Shown here in pieces: positions 8,134-18,625 of a DNA stretch of 64,000 nt (positions are counted from its first letter, which is position 1; every line of letters begins with the position of its first letter). This DNA is from Longimicrobiales bacterium (lineage in GTDB: Bacteria > Gemmatimonadota > Gemmatimonadetes > Longimicrobiales > Gaopeijiaceae). The stretch covers positions 640,001-704,000 of the forward strand of contig JAWLHJ010000001.1 of NCBI GenBank assembly GCA_041690395.1, written 5' to 3'. The translations under genes were made by a program, and so were the position numbers. The notes beneath the pieces are model-generated. The model was not told the DNA's origin and searched no databases. It saw only the letters and a list, made by a program, of their open reading frames with translations.

Positions 8134-10463
8134 GACATCCTCTCGCGATCGGTTCGGCGCGACTCTGGCGCTCCTTCGGCGTATTCATCTTCCTGGTCTT
8201 GGGCCTGCTCTCGATCGTCCTTCTCGCGGCGACCCAGCGGCGCGCCATGCAGACGGTCGAGCAGTCCGTGGCCGCGACCGACAATCTGATGAGCTTACGC
8301 CTCGCCCTGGCCCGCGCCCATCTGGCGTGGGTTCGGGACGCGGAGGGGGACCCGACCGTCGATGGAACACGGTCCCTCGCAGAGTTGAACAACGCGACCG
8401 GCCACCTGGCCGATCTCCTCGAGGGGCGTAGCGCGCTGATCGGTCTCGAGGCCGAGGGTCTTGCCGATGATCCCGTGATCTCCGGGGCGATCGATTCGAT
8501 GACGACCGCGATCCATGACCTGCGCAGCACGCTGGCCGAGCGCGGGTCCATGACTTCGTCGGCCGCTGCCGTGCCGCTTCGGTTCAGCGCCCTGGACGAC
8601 ATGGCCGTCGCATTGGACCGGCGAGTGCACGAGAAGGTTCGCGCAACGATCCAGCAGGAGCGCCGGGCTCAAAGCGTGTTCCTGGCCGTCTGGAGCGTCT
8701 TTCTGGCGTTGACGGGACTCGGCATCGAGGGCCTTCGGAGGGCCCGGCGACGGGCGCTCGCGGAGACGAGGAGCGCTGAAGAACAGCGGTTCCTGGCGGA
8801 GGCCGATCTGGCGGAGACAGAGCGGCGCTTCGAGAACCTTCGCGCGCTCACCGATGCGGGCGTCCTTCTGGTCGATGAGCGAGGCCGGATCCGTGAGATG
8901 TCCGCGTGGTGGCGACAGACGCTCGACATGAAGGAGGAAGTCTGGGTCGGGCGGTCTTGGTGGGAGGCTCTTCACCGCGAGGAGCACCCACGCATGGAGG
9001 ATCTGTGGCGGGAGAAGGCGCTGCGGCGGACCCCGTTCTCGGTGGAGGCGCGCGCTCAGGGTATCGAGCTCGGTCACGACCGCTGGCTCGCGGCACACTG
9101 GAAGCCCGTCGAGTCCGGTGGACTCACCGAGGACGGAAGCTGGGTGGGAACCGTCCTCGACGTCACGCAGCACCGGACGGTCGAGGCCCAGTTCCAACAG
9201 GCGCAGAAGCTCGAAGCGATCGGCCGCATGACCAGCAGTGTCGCGCACGACTTCAACAACCTCCTCACCATCACCCTCTCCAATACGGAGATGCTTCGGA
9301 GTGATCCGGGCGACGACGCGGTATCGAGGGAGGAGCTGCTTCAGGACATCGAGGGTGCGGCTGAAGCTGGTCGGGATCTGATCGCGGGACTCATGAGCTT
9401 CAGCCGGAAAGCCGAGCTCGAGATCGGTCGTGAGGATCTCTCGACGGTCGTGACGGACGCGATGCGGCTCGCAGACAAGCTGATTCCCGACGAGATCGAG
9501 ATCGTGCTCGACCTTCCAGACCCCGGTCCCACGGTCCACACCGATCCCCGGGCGCTTCAACAGATCTTGTTCAACCTCGTGACGAACGCCAGAGATGCGA
9601 TGCCCGACGGAGGGAGGCTCGTCATCAGCGTTGACGAGGTCGTGGCGGACGACAGCTTCGTCGAAGAGCGACCCTGGATCAACGCCGGCCGGTTCGGTCG
9701 TCTCACCGTGACGGACACCGGTATCGGGATGGATCGGGAGACACTCGACCACATCTTCGAGCCGTTCTTCTCGACGAAGGCGGAGGGTTCCGGGACGGGA
9801 CTCGGCCTCTCTTCCGTCCACGGTCTCGTCCGACAGCAGGGTGGTCACATCCACGCTTACAGCGAAATCGGTGTGGGAACGAGCTTCCGGGTCTATCTTC
9901 CGCTCGCTAGCGGAGGCGTCAACGCCCATGCCGAACGGGAAGGTTCGTCCGAGGCTCACCCCGTTCCCGACGCACCGGGGGTGGAGGCGGTAGAGCCGCC
10001 TCTGAGCGTCGAGTCGGCGGCTTCAGGCCCTGCCTCGCTCGACGGACGCCGCCCTGCCCGGGGTCGCTCGCTCCGCCCGGGGGTCTCGCGGCGTTCTCTT
10101 CATGTGCTGGTCGTGGAGGACGACGACGCGCTCCGCCGCAGTTGCGAGCGAGTCCTGGTACGTCTCGGGCACTCGGTCACGGCCGTGGTCGACGGTGACG
10201 TGGCGCTCGACCTGATTGCGCAGGACGGGCCGACTTTCGATGTGGTCATCTCGGACATCTCGATGGACCGGATCGACGGCCTGGAGCTTCTCCGACGGAC
10301 CCGTCAACGCGGGTCGCGGATGCCGTTCGTACTTACGAGTGGACGTCACGCTTCGCAGCTCGTCGGCGATTCGACGCTCCCGGAGGACGTCGTCTTCCTT
10401 CCGAAGCCGTGGTCGGTGGACACGCTCAAGTCTGCGATCGAGGAGGCTCGGTTGCGGGCCTGA
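8130..10463 (+). CDS. Membrane hybrid sensor histidine kinase (2 TM, PAS, HisKA, HATPase, REC)
   Basis: QAQKLEAIG..VAHDFNNLL H-box, NLVTNARDAM, DTGIGM, FEPFFSTK, GTGLGL, C-terminal receiver VLVVEDD...VISDISM...PKP; GTGA overlap with the SBP gene. Confidence 0.93.
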   Translation: MRHPLAIGSARLWRSFGVFIFLVLGLLSIVLLAATQRRAMQTVEQSVAATDNLMSLRLALARAHLAWVRDAEGDPTVDGTRSLAELNNATGHLADLLEGRSALIGLEAEGLADDPVISGAIDSMTTAIHDLRSTLAERGSMTSSAAAVPLRFSALDDMAVALDRRVHEKVRATIQQERRAQSVFLAVWSVFLALTGLGIEGLRRARRRALAETRSAEEQRFLAEADLAETERRFENLRALTDAGVLLVDERGRIREMSAWWRQTLDMKEEVWVGRSWWEALHREEHPRMEDLWREKALRRTPFSVEARAQGIELGHDRWLAAHWKPVESGGLTEDGSWVGTVLDVTQHRTVEAQFQQAQKLEAIGRMTSSVAHDFNNLLTITLSNTEMLRSDPGDDAVSREELLQDIEGAAEAGRDLIAGLMSFSRKAELEIGREDLSTVVTDAMRLADKLIPDEIEIVLDLPDPGPTVHTDPRALQQILFNLVTNARDAMPDGGRLVISVDEVVADDSFVEERPWINAGRFGRLTVTDTGIGMDRETLDHIFEPFFSTKAEGSGTGLGLSSVHGLVRQQGGHIHAYSEIGVGTSFRVYLPLASGGVNAHAEREGSSEAHPVPDAPGVEAVEPPLSVESAASGPASLDGRRPARGRSLRPGVSRRSLHVLVVEDDDALRRSCERVLVRLGHSVTAVVDGDVALDLIAQDGPTFDVVISDISMDRIDGLELLRRTRQRGSRMPFVLTSGRHASQLVGDSTLPEDVVFLPKPWSVDTLKSAIEEARLRA

Positions 10464-11475
10464 TCTCCATGACGTCGGAGAGCAGCTCGTACGACCGGCG
10501 CCGGGCTTCGAGGTCGTGCGTGACCGTGACGGTCATGAGCTCGTCCACCCCGTACCGTTCGGCGAGCGCGAGAAGCGCGTCGCGGACCTGTCCGGGGTCC
10601 CCGATGACCACCCTGCTGTCGTCGGCCAGCAGCTCGGAGATGGGCACGCCCCACTGCTCGAACTCGTCCTTGGCCTGCTCGGGGGAGGGAATCCCGCGGT
10701 CGACCCCCCGCATGATGCGCATGCGCCAGAGGTGGAGGCTGAGCGAGAGCCATTCGGCCTCCTCACGCGTCTCGGCGCAGAGGACCCCGATTCCTACGTT
10801 GGCCGCGGGCACGGACAGACGGTCATTCGGCTGGAACCGCTGCTGATACGCCCGCACCGCCGCGCTCCCGTCCACACCGCTGATGAACTGCGCGAACGAG
10901 TAGCCCAGGCCGAGCCCGGCAGCCACATCGACGGTCGTGCCGCTCGACGCGAGCATCCAGAGCTCGGGGACGTCCTTGCCGCGTGGGGTGGCTCGGACCT
11001 TGGCGAACGGACCGTCCTCCATCGTCTCGCCCAGCCATCCGGCGAGGTGCTGGAGCTGATCGGGGAAGCGCTCCACGGGGATCGCCTCCCGCCCGTAGCG
11101 CAGGGCGGCGGCGGCCTTTCCGGTCCCGGCGGGGGCTCTCCCGAGCCCCAGGTCGATGCGTCCCGGAAAGAGTGTCTCCAGCATGCGGAACTGCTCGGCG
11201 ACCTTGTAGGGTGAGTAGTGGGGGAGCATCACGCCCCCGGAGCCGACGCGGATACGCTCCGTGACCGAGGCCACCCGGGGGATGAGCACCTCGGGCGCCG
11301 ATCCCGCGAACGAGTTGGTGCTGTGGTGCTCGGCGAGCCAATAGCGGGAGAAGCCGAGACGGTCGGCCAGGCGCGCGAGCTCGAGCGTGGACGCGACGGC
11401 ATGCCGGGCGTCGCTTCCGTTGGGCACGGGAGACTGGTCGACGATGCCGAGTCGGAGGGGCGTGGAGCGGGGCAC
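10426..11475 (-). CDS. Luciferase-like monooxygenase (LLM class flavin-dependent oxidoreductase)
   Basis: GFSRYWLAEHH, IRVGSGGVMLPHYSPYKVAEQF, PGRIDLGLGRAP. Confidence 0.92.
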   Translation of the reverse strand: MPRSTPLRLGIVDQSPVPNGSDARHAVASTLELARLADRLGFSRYWLAEHHSTNSFAGSAPEVLIPRVASVTERIRVGSGGVMLPHYSPYKVAEQFRMLETLFPGRIDLGLGRAPAGTGKAAAALRYGREAIPVERFPDQLQHLAGWLGETMEDGPFAKVRATPRGKDVPELWMLASSGTTVDVAAGLGLGYSFAQFISGVDGSAAVRAYQQRFQPNDRLSVPAANVGIGVLCAETREEAEWLSLSLHLWRMRIMRGVDRGIPSPEQAKDEFEQWGVPISELLADDSRVVIGDPGQVRDALLALAERYGVDELMTVTVTHDLEARRRSYELLSDVMEIRPATEPPRSQT

Positions 11476-11527
11476 GGCGGTTCCGGTATGGCGGGGTGGG
11501 TAGGCGTCGGTTCGGAGCGCGCCTCGC

Positions 11528-12946
11528 CTACACCGGGACGACCGCGCCGGTCCCGGACGGCTCGGCCACCGGTGCCAATACGCGGTCCGGCTTCGACCCG
11601 GCGGCCGCGATCATCAGGTAGGCCGCCACCGCGGCGCCGAGCGACGTCAGGTAGGGATAGGCGACCCCCAGCACGTACGCGCCCAGGATCCACACGCCCA
11701 CGCCCACCAGCAGGGAGGCGAGCGCGCTCGCCCGCCCGCCGATCCGTGTGAAAAGTCCGAGCGTCACGACCGTGACGATGCCCGCGCTCCCGAACGACGA
11801 GGCCTCCTCGACCAGCGCGTAGACCCGCTCGGCTCGGAGCGCCATGACGTACGCCAGCACACCGAAGAACGCGACGGCCACACGGGCAATCCGTACCTTG
11901 GCCGCCTCGCTCAGGCCGGGCCGGAGCTGGACCACCACGTTGTGCGAGACCAGGCCGCCGGCCACGAGGAGCGCGCTGTCGACGGTCGAGAGGATGGCCG
12001 ACACCAGCGCGCCCGCGAACACGACGTAGAGGAAGGGCGGCAGGTACTCGGCGGCGAGGAGCGGCAGGATCTGCTCCGGCTCCCCGAGTCCGGGCAGGAG
12101 CACGGCGCCGACCAGCCCGAGGCCGACCGGCACGAGCCCGATGAGCAGATAGGCGAAGCCGGCCACCACGGTCGCGTTGCGGGCGAGTCGCGCCGAGCGG
12201 GCCGCGATCATGCGCGCGACCACCTCGGCGGCGACCATCGATCCGACGATGGGAACCGTCCATTCCTCCACGATGGCCAGGAGCGGCACGGGCTCCGCGC
12301 CGAACAGGTCGAGCCGCGCCGGCTCGATGCGCGCGAGGACGTCCATCCCTTCGCGCCGGAGCACGGCCCACCCGAGCGCGCCCAGACCGATGATGAGCGC
12401 AATGCCCTGGACGACGTCGGTCCAGGCGTCCGCCAGCAGCCCGCCTGCGATCGTGTACGTGATGACGACCGCCGCCGCGATGCCGACGGTGATCTCGATC
12501 TCGAGCCCCGACGCGGACGAGAGCACCTGACCGAATGCGCGGACCTGCGCCGCCGCCCAGAAGAGCGAGGCCGGTACCATGAGGAGCACGGCGGTGCGCT
12601 CGACCGATCCGCCGAAGCGGAGCCGGAACACGTCGCCGAGCGTGGTGAGGCGGAGTCGCCAGAGCGGAACCGCGAAGATCAGCCCCGCCAGGATGATGCA
12701 GATGGCGTAGCCGAACGGGTCGTGCGATCCGCCGGACAACCCGTTCTCGTAGATGGCGCCCGCGGCCGCGATGCACGTCTCGGCGCCGAACCAGGTCGCG
12801 AAGACCGTGAAGGTCGCGAGCACCGGCCCCAGCGAGCGTCCGGCGACCAGGTAGTCCGTCTCCGTCCGGATGCGTCGCGACACGACGACGCCGATGACCA
12901 ACTGGACCAGCACATAGGCGAGAATGCCGAGGAGGAGCGTGTTCAG
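11528..12946 (-). CDS. Sodium:solute symporter family transporter
   Basis: DYLVAGRSLG, FATWFGAET, YTIAGGLLADAWTDVVQG, SAILSTVDSALL; many TM segments. First TM extends upstream of GTG 12913, so a CTG start at 12946 is proposed. Confidence 0.9.
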   Translation of the reverse strand: MNTLLLGILAYVLVQLVIGVVVSRRIRTETDYLVAGRSLGPVLATFTVFATWFGAETCIAAAGAIYENGLSGGSHDPFGYAICIILAGLIFAVPLWRLRLTTLGDVFRLRFGGSVERTAVLLMVPASLFWAAAQVRAFGQVLSSASGLEIEITVGIAAAVVITYTIAGGLLADAWTDVVQGIALIIGLGALGWAVLRREGMDVLARIEPARLDLFGAEPVPLLAIVEEWTVPIVGSMVAAEVVARMIAARSARLARNATVVAGFAYLLIGLVPVGLGLVGAVLLPGLGEPEQILPLLAAEYLPPFLYVVFAGALVSAILSTVDSALLVAGGLVSHNVVVQLRPGLSEAAKVRIARVAVAFFGVLAYVMALRAERVYALVEEASSFGSAGIVTVVTLGLFTRIGGRASALASLLVGVGVWILGAYVLGVAYPYLTSLGAAVAAYLMIAAAGSKPDRVLAPVAEPSGTGAVVPV

Positions 12947-13098
12947 GATGCGGTCCGGTGTGGGGTGGGTGAGACGAGCGCGACAGGGATGGCCGCACTA
13001 TACTGTCCGCGCGCCCTGCCGGGAGCCCCTTTCGTCGATGGGGAGCGACCCGGCGCGGTGACCCGAAACGCCAACCCGATCTTCAGGAGATCGATGTC

Positions 13099-13968
13099 AT
13101 GAGCTTCGTCCGCTCCCTCCGCACGACCCTGGTAGCCGCCCTGTTCGCGGTGCTCGCCGTCACCTTGCTGCCGAGCTCCGCCTCGGCGACCTGGTCGATC
13201 ATCGCCGTGGACTCGAGGACCGGCGTCGTCGTCATCGCGTCGGCCACGTGCGTCAGCGCCGAGGGGCTGCGGACGCGCGGCGGCCTGATGAGCATCCAGG
13301 CGGTGGTCGTTCCGGGGGTCGGCGTCGCGGCCGCGCAGGCCGGGGTCGACTCGACGCGTGAGAACCAGATGCTGCTTTTCCGCGAGATCCAGAACGGCAC
13401 CGATCCGGACGACATCCTGGCGATGCTCAAGGAGGACCCGGATATCCAGCGGCGTCAATTCGGAATGGTCGACCTGAGAGGACGCATGGCCGGCTTCTCG
13501 GGGACCGGGAACGGCTACGCGGCACTCGCGGTGCAGAGCGAGGTCCGTGACCAGGGGATCTACTTCGCGGTGCAGGGCAACATCCTGGAATCGGATCGGG
13601 TCGTGACCGCGGCGGTCGACGCCTTCCTCCGCTCCGAGGGGACGGTCACGGACCGGGTGATGGCCGCCATGGAGGCCGCCGACTACAACGGCGGTGACGC
13701 CCGCTGCTCGTGCCGCACCGACCCCGTTCCCGAGACCGAGATGGGCTGCACGCACCGCTCGGCGCACGTCGCCTACATCGCGGCCGCCAAGCCCGAGGAC
13801 GCGGTCGGCGAGGGCCACTCGGACGGTGACTACACCTTGTTCATCGACGTGGACGACGAGAACACGCTGGCGAGCGAGAGCCCGAACCCGGTCGAGACGC
13901 TCCGTATGCGATACGATGCCTGGAAAGCCGGCGGAGGAATGACGACCCTGGGTCTCGGGATGGACTGA
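13099..13968 (+). CDS. Secreted DUF1028 family (Ntn-hydrolase-like) protein
   Basis: Signal peptide followed by ATWSIIAVDSRTG, VPGVGVAAAQA, RQFGMVD, VQGNIL, GGDARC; GGAG RBS. Confidence 0.85.
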   Translation: MSFVRSLRTTLVAALFAVLAVTLLPSSASATWSIIAVDSRTGVVVIASATCVSAEGLRTRGGLMSIQAVVVPGVGVAAAQAGVDSTRENQMLLFREIQNGTDPDDILAMLKEDPDIQRRQFGMVDLRGRMAGFSGTGNGYAALAVQSEVRDQGIYFAVQGNILESDRVVTAAVDAFLRSEGTVTDRVMAAMEAADYNGGDARCSCRTDPVPETEMGCTHRSAHVAYIAAAKPEDAVGEGHSDGDYTLFIDVDDENTLASESPNPVETLRMRYDAWKAGGGMTTLGLGMD

Positions 13969-15608
13969 TGCCCTCAGGCGGATCGAGGGCCGAGCACGAG
14001 GCGCTGGTGATGGACCGGCTGCGCGCGAATCTGCGCGCGGCCGGCATCCCGGCGACCGAGGAGGATCTGGAGCGGATCGAGGCCGACGGCTACGTGGAAC
14101 GGGTGGCCGAAGCGAGGGAGATCCTCGCCGCGGCCGAGATGTCCGGGCTTCCCGACTTCCTGGCCCATTGGGGACCGGGCGATGGGGCGAGAACGGCGAC
14201 CGCGACGGCGACGGACGGAACCGCGCCGGCCCGCCCGGCGCCCCCGGACGACGACGGCATTCCCGACCGGCTCTCGGACGTCGCGGAGCTCCTCCGTCGT
14301 GGTGAGATCTCTCCGGTGGAGCTGGCCGAGCGTTCGCTCGAGCGCGTGGCCACGCACGATGCCGAGCTGAATCTCTTCCAGCTGGTGCTGGCCGATCGAG
14401 CCATGGACGCGGCCCGGCGGGCCGAGCAGGAGATCCGCTCGGGCGACTACCGCGGCCCGTTGCACGGGGTTCCCGTGGCGGTGAAGGACCTCTTCCGCAT
14501 GAAGGACACGGTGACCACGGCCGGCTCGACGATCCACGTCGAGGGAGGGGCTGATACCGACGCGGCCGCGGTCGAGCGGCTCCAGACGGCGGGCGCGGTG
14601 ATCGTCGGAAAGACCCGCCTCTCGGAGTTCGCCTATTGGCCAGGGTCCACGAACCCGCACTACGGCTCGACACGGAATCCGGTGGACCCCGCGCACGACG
14701 CGGGCGGCTCGAGCAGCGGGTCGGCCGCGGCGGTAGCCGCTGGGTGCGTGTACGCCGCGCTCGGGACGGACACGGGTGGGTCGATCCGCATTCCGGCGGC
14801 GCTCTGCGGCGTGGTGGGGCACAAGCCCACGTTCGGGCGCGCCAGCCTGGCGGGGTGCGTCCCCCTCGCCTGGTCGCTCGATCACGTCGGCCCGCTGACC
14901 CGGTCGGTCGAGGACGCGAGCCTGGTTCTCGAGGTTCTGGCCGGGCACGATCCTCGCGACGCCCGCACCCGCGTCGGGAGCGACTACCGCACACCGGACG
15001 CTGTCCGGCGCGTAGCGTCGGTAGGAGGGGGGGATCTCGAGGGCGTCCGCGTCGGTGTCCTCGCCGCCGATGGATCCGGGCAGGAGCTCGGATCGGGCGA
15101 AGCCATGGCCGCCTGGCGCGAATCGAACGAGCGGCTGCGCGAGCGCGGCGTCACCCTGGTCGACGTGGATCTGTCGGACATGCACGTGCTCTGGCGTGTC
15201 GCCTCACTGACGCTCGCCGTCGAGGCGGCGTCCTACCACGCTCTCTCGCTCCGGCAGCACTACGACCGCTACGGACGGTTCTGTCGGGGACGTCTGGTGG
15301 GCGCCTTCGCCTACGGCTTCGACGACATGCTCCGGGCGCAGCGGGTCCGGGCCCGGCTGAGGGAGCGTTGGTCGAAACTCTGGGACCGGTGCGACGTGCT
15401 GAGCACGCCGAGCCAACCGGACGTCGCCCCGCTCCTCGGCGTGGCCGCGTCCACCCGATACACCAACCCGTTCAATGCACTCGGATGGCCGGCGGTGAGC
15501 GTGCCGTACGGAGCGGGGAAGGGCGGGCTGCCCATCGCGACTCAGATCGCGGGGAAGCCCTGGGATGACGGGACTGTACTCCGGGTGGCGGCGGCCGTCG
15601 GGAGCTGA
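13968..15608 (+). CDS. Amidase signature family protein
   Basis: [35 protein letters not shown] (Lys-Ser-Ser triad intact); 1-nt overlap with the DUF1028 gene. Confidence 0.92.
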   Translation: MPSGGSRAEHEALVMDRLRANLRAAGIPATEEDLERIEADGYVERVAEAREILAAAEMSGLPDFLAHWGPGDGARTATATATDGTAPARPAPPDDDGIPDRLSDVAELLRRGEISPVELAERSLERVATHDAELNLFQLVLADRAMDAARRAEQEIRSGDYRGPLHGVPVAVKDLFRMKDTVTTAGSTIHVEGGADTDAAAVERLQTAGAVIVGKTRLSEFAYWPGSTNPHYGSTRNPVDPAHDAGGSSSGSAAAVAAGCVYAALGTDTGGSIRIPAALCGVVGHKPTFGRASLAGCVPLAWSLDHVGPLTRSVEDASLVLEVLAGHDPRDARTRVGSDYRTPDAVRRVASVGGGDLEGVRVGVLAADGSGQELGSGEAMAAWRESNERLRERGVTLVDVDLSDMHVLWRVASLTLAVEAASYHALSLRQHYDRYGRFCRGRLVGAFAYGFDDMLRAQRVRARLRERWSKLWDRCDVLSTPSQPDVAPLLGVAASTRYTNPFNALGWPAVSVPYGAGKGGLPIATQIAGKPWDDGTVLRVAAAVGS

Positions 15609-15697
15609 CGAGCTTCCCTTGTACCGCGCCGGCGATCCCGTTCATATCAGGGATCGCATCACCACACACATCGAGCCACATCCACGAGGAGCCTCCC

Positions 15698-15889
15698 ATG
15701 GCCACGTACACCTGCGACAAATGCGGCATGAGCGTCAACATGACCTGCGCGAAGTGCGACACCGAGCTCGTCCACGACTCGATCACGAAGCCGGACGGGG
15801 GTACCGTCGCGGTGTCGAAGTGCCCCGAGGGCCACGGCATGATCAAGTCGCCGATGTGCTGCGCGCAGGACATGACCTGCGCCGTTTGA
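15698..15889 (+). CDS. Small Cys-rich putative metal-binding protein (63 aa, 8 Cys)
   Basis: GAGGAG RBS at ~15686; CDKC..CAKC..CPEGH..CC..C pattern; strongly C/G-ending codons. Confidence 0.8.
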   Translation: MATYTCDKCGMSVNMTCAKCDTELVHDSITKPDGGTVAVSKCPEGHGMIKSPMCCAQDMTCAV

Positions 15890-15932
15890 CGGCCGCGCTC
15901 CTCCCGGCTTCCAAAGACTCGAGGACCTCTGC

Positions 15933-18542
15933 ATGACGATTGCCTCCCTCGCGGTGCTCGCGCTCCTCCAGGTACCCCCGCCGACGCAGGAGCTGGCTCC
16001 GGGCACCAACTACGACCCCGCGGTCCCCACGCTCGAAGAGGTCGTGGGTCACGACTTCCATGAAGAGATCACGGCTCCGGCCGACGTCGTCCGCTACATG
16101 GAGGCGCTCGCGGAGGCCGCGCCGGAACGGACGCACCTCTTCGAGTACGCGGAGAGCTGGGAGGGGCGCCCGCTGGTCGTCATGGTGATCGGGTCGGCGG
16201 AGCGCATGGCCCGGCTGGACGAGGTCCGGGAGGATCTCCGGCGGCTCGCGCATCCGGAGGGACTCTCGGAGGCCGACGCCGATGCGCTCATCCAGCGTGC
16301 TCCGGTCGTCACCGCGCTCATGCACGGGATCCACGGCAACGAGATCAGCTCGACCGGGGCGGCGATGGCGGAGGCGTATCACCTGCTGGCGGCCCGGGGC
16401 GATCCCGTGGTCGACCTGATCCTGAGGGAGTCTCTCGTGCTCATCGATCCGTCGGAGAACCCCGACGGTCGGGCGCGCTTCGTCTCCGAGGATCTCCAGA
16501 CCCGGGCGCGGTGGCCGAGCCCCGAGGGTTATTCCGCCGAGCACGATGAGCCGTGGCCGGGGGGACGGGTGAATCACTACCTGTTCGACCTCAACCGCGA
16601 CGTCTTCATCCAGAGCCAGCCGGAGACGCGCGGCCGGGTGGACGTGCTCCTCGACTACTGGCCCCACATCGTGGTCGACCTCCACGAGATGAGCGGCAAC
16701 TCGACCTACTTCTTCCCGCCCGCCGCCGAGCCGACCAATCCCTGGTACGGTGAGCGGCAGGTCGCGTTGATGGACGTCTTCGGGCGGGCGAACGCCGAGG
16801 CGTTCGACCGGCGCGGCTTCGCGTACTTCAACCGGAACGTCTACGACCTCTTCTACCCGGGATACATGGACGGTTGGCCCACCGGCCACGGCGCGCTCGG
16901 AATGACGTTCGAGCAGGCCTCGGCCCGGGCCCTCGTGCTCCTGCGCGACGACGGGGACCTCCTCACCTACGGGGATGGGGTGCTCCACCACTTCACGGCG
17001 GGGATCACGACGGCCGAGACGGCGGCGCGCAACAAGGAGCGCATTCTTCGCGACTATCTCGCGTTCCGGCGCGAGGGGATCGAGATGGGACGAGAGGGCG
17101 CCGCGGAGCTCGTGCTCCACTCGGCGCACGACCCGGGCGCGGCCGAGCGGCTCGCGCGCCTGATGGTCCGCAACGGGATCGAAGTGCGCGAGGCGAGCGG
17201 GCCGGTCTCGGTAGGAGGGCGGACCCTGCCCCAGCGGGGCACCTTCGTCATCCCGCTGGATCAGCCGGCGAGTCGGCTCGCGCGTAACCTGCTCGACCGC
17301 CATGTGCCCATGGATCCCGATTTCGTGGAGCGGCAGATCGAGCGTCGGGCGAGGCGCCAGAGCGACGAGATCTACGACCTGACGGCCTGGAGCCAGTCGC
17401 TGCTCTGGGACGTGGAGGTCATCGAGTCCGCGGGTGCCACCGGCACGGCGGGGCCTGAGCTGACCGCCGAGCGTCCGGTGACGCCGACGGTCCTGCCGGC
17501 CGCGACGGTCGGCTACCTCATGCCGTGGAATACGACCACCGCGGCTGCGGTCACCGAGGCCCTCCGGGAGGGGGTTCGGATCCGGGCCGCGGGCGGGGCC
17601 TTCGAGCTGGCCGGTCGCTCGTGGGGCGTCGGCACGGCGATCGTCCGGACCGCCGAGAACGGGCCCGAGTTCCGTACGGAGCTCGGACGAATCGCGGCGG
17701 AGCACGGCGCGGAGGTCGTGCCGATCGACGACTCGTACGTGACGGAGGGGACGTCGCTGGGGAGCGGGAGCGCCCGCGCTCTGCACGAGCCCCGCGTGCT
17801 CCTCGTCTACGACGAGCCGGGGTCTACCTACTCGGTCGGCTGGTCCCGCTACGTCCTGGAGCGGCGGTACGGACAGCGTACGACCGCCGTCCGGACGTCC
17901 GCGCTCGGAGGTGTGCCGCTGTCCGACTTCGACGTGATCGTGTTTCCGAGCGGGAACTACGGCGGCGCCGTGTCGGACGGGCTCGTCGACGACCTGCGGG
18001 CCTGGGTGAGCGGAGGCGGCACGCTGATTACGATGGCGAACTCCACGGCGTGGGCGACCAGGGCGGGGCTGCTGTCGACGCACGCGGAACGGCGCGGAGG
18101 CCGCGCGGCGGGCACCGACCCGCCGAGCCCGGACACGCCGGAGCAGCCCATCGACTACCTGGACGCCATCGACCCCTTGGACGAGGCTCCGCCGTCGGTC
18201 CCGGGCGCCATCCTGAGCGTCGTCCTCGATACCGAGCACTGGCTCGCGGCCGGGACGGACGGCGAGATCGGCGTGCTCGTGGAAGGGTCGCGGATCTTCA
18301 CGCCGCTCACCCTGGACGACGGGGTCAACGTCGGGCGGTACGGTGGGCTGGACGAGCTCGTGCTGAGCGGGATCGTCTGGGAGGAAGGACGGCCGCAGCT
18401 CGCCAACAAGGCGTTCCTGATGTACGAGCCGATGGGGAGCGGGCAGGTGATCGGGTTCGCGGAGGACCCGAACTACCGTGCCTATGCCGAGGCCACGCAG
18501 CTCCTGTTCATGAACGCGGTGTTGCTCGGCCCGGGACGGTAA
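15933..18542 (+). CDS. Secreted M14 family zinc carboxypeptidase with C-terminal GATase-like domain
   Basis: ESWEGRPL, HGIHGNE (HxxE), ENPDGR, DLNRD, DLHEM; C-terminal DVIVFPSG...WVSGGGTLI. Confidence 0.9.
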   Translation: MTIASLAVLALLQVPPPTQELAPGTNYDPAVPTLEEVVGHDFHEEITAPADVVRYMEALAEAAPERTHLFEYAESWEGRPLVVMVIGSAERMARLDEVREDLRRLAHPEGLSEADADALIQRAPVVTALMHGIHGNEISSTGAAMAEAYHLLAARGDPVVDLILRESLVLIDPSENPDGRARFVSEDLQTRARWPSPEGYSAEHDEPWPGGRVNHYLFDLNRDVFIQSQPETRGRVDVLLDYWPHIVVDLHEMSGNSTYFFPPAAEPTNPWYGERQVALMDVFGRANAEAFDRRGFAYFNRNVYDLFYPGYMDGWPTGHGALGMTFEQASARALVLLRDDGDLLTYGDGVLHHFTAGITTAETAARNKERILRDYLAFRREGIEMGREGAAELVLHSAHDPGAAERLARLMVRNGIEVREASGPVSVGGRTLPQRGTFVIPLDQPASRLARNLLDRHVPMDPDFVERQIERRARRQSDEIYDLTAWSQSLLWDVEVIESAGATGTAGPELTAERPVTPTVLPAATVGYLMPWNTTTAAAVTEALREGVRIRAAGGAFELAGRSWGVGTAIVRTAENGPEFRTELGRIAAEHGAEVVPIDDSYVTEGTSLGSGSARALHEPRVLLVYDEPGSTYSVGWSRYVLERRYGQRTTAVRTSALGGVPLSDFDVIVFPSGNYGGAVSDGLVDDLRAWVSGGGTLITMANSTAWATRAGLLSTHAERRGGRAAGTDPPSPDTPEQPIDYLDAIDPLDEAPPSVPGAILSVVLDTEHWLAAGTDGEIGVLVEGSRIFTPLTLDDGVNVGRYGGLDELVLSGIVWEEGRPQLANKAFLMYEPMGSGQVIGFAEDPNYRAYAEATQLLFMNAVLLGPGR

Positions 18543-18625
18543 CGGTCGGAACCGTAGCGGTTGGATGACGGGTGCGGGCCGAACGGTGCCGCGCCCCGGA
18601 TACACGGTCTGCACGGAGGTGGCCC

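Noticed and set aside
13058..13086. Third copy of the ECF promoter motif upstream of DUF1028 (GTGACC...TTCA)
   Set aside because: Spacing is 2 nt shorter and the second box differs; the GTAACC site upstream of the sigma gene also lacks the second box.
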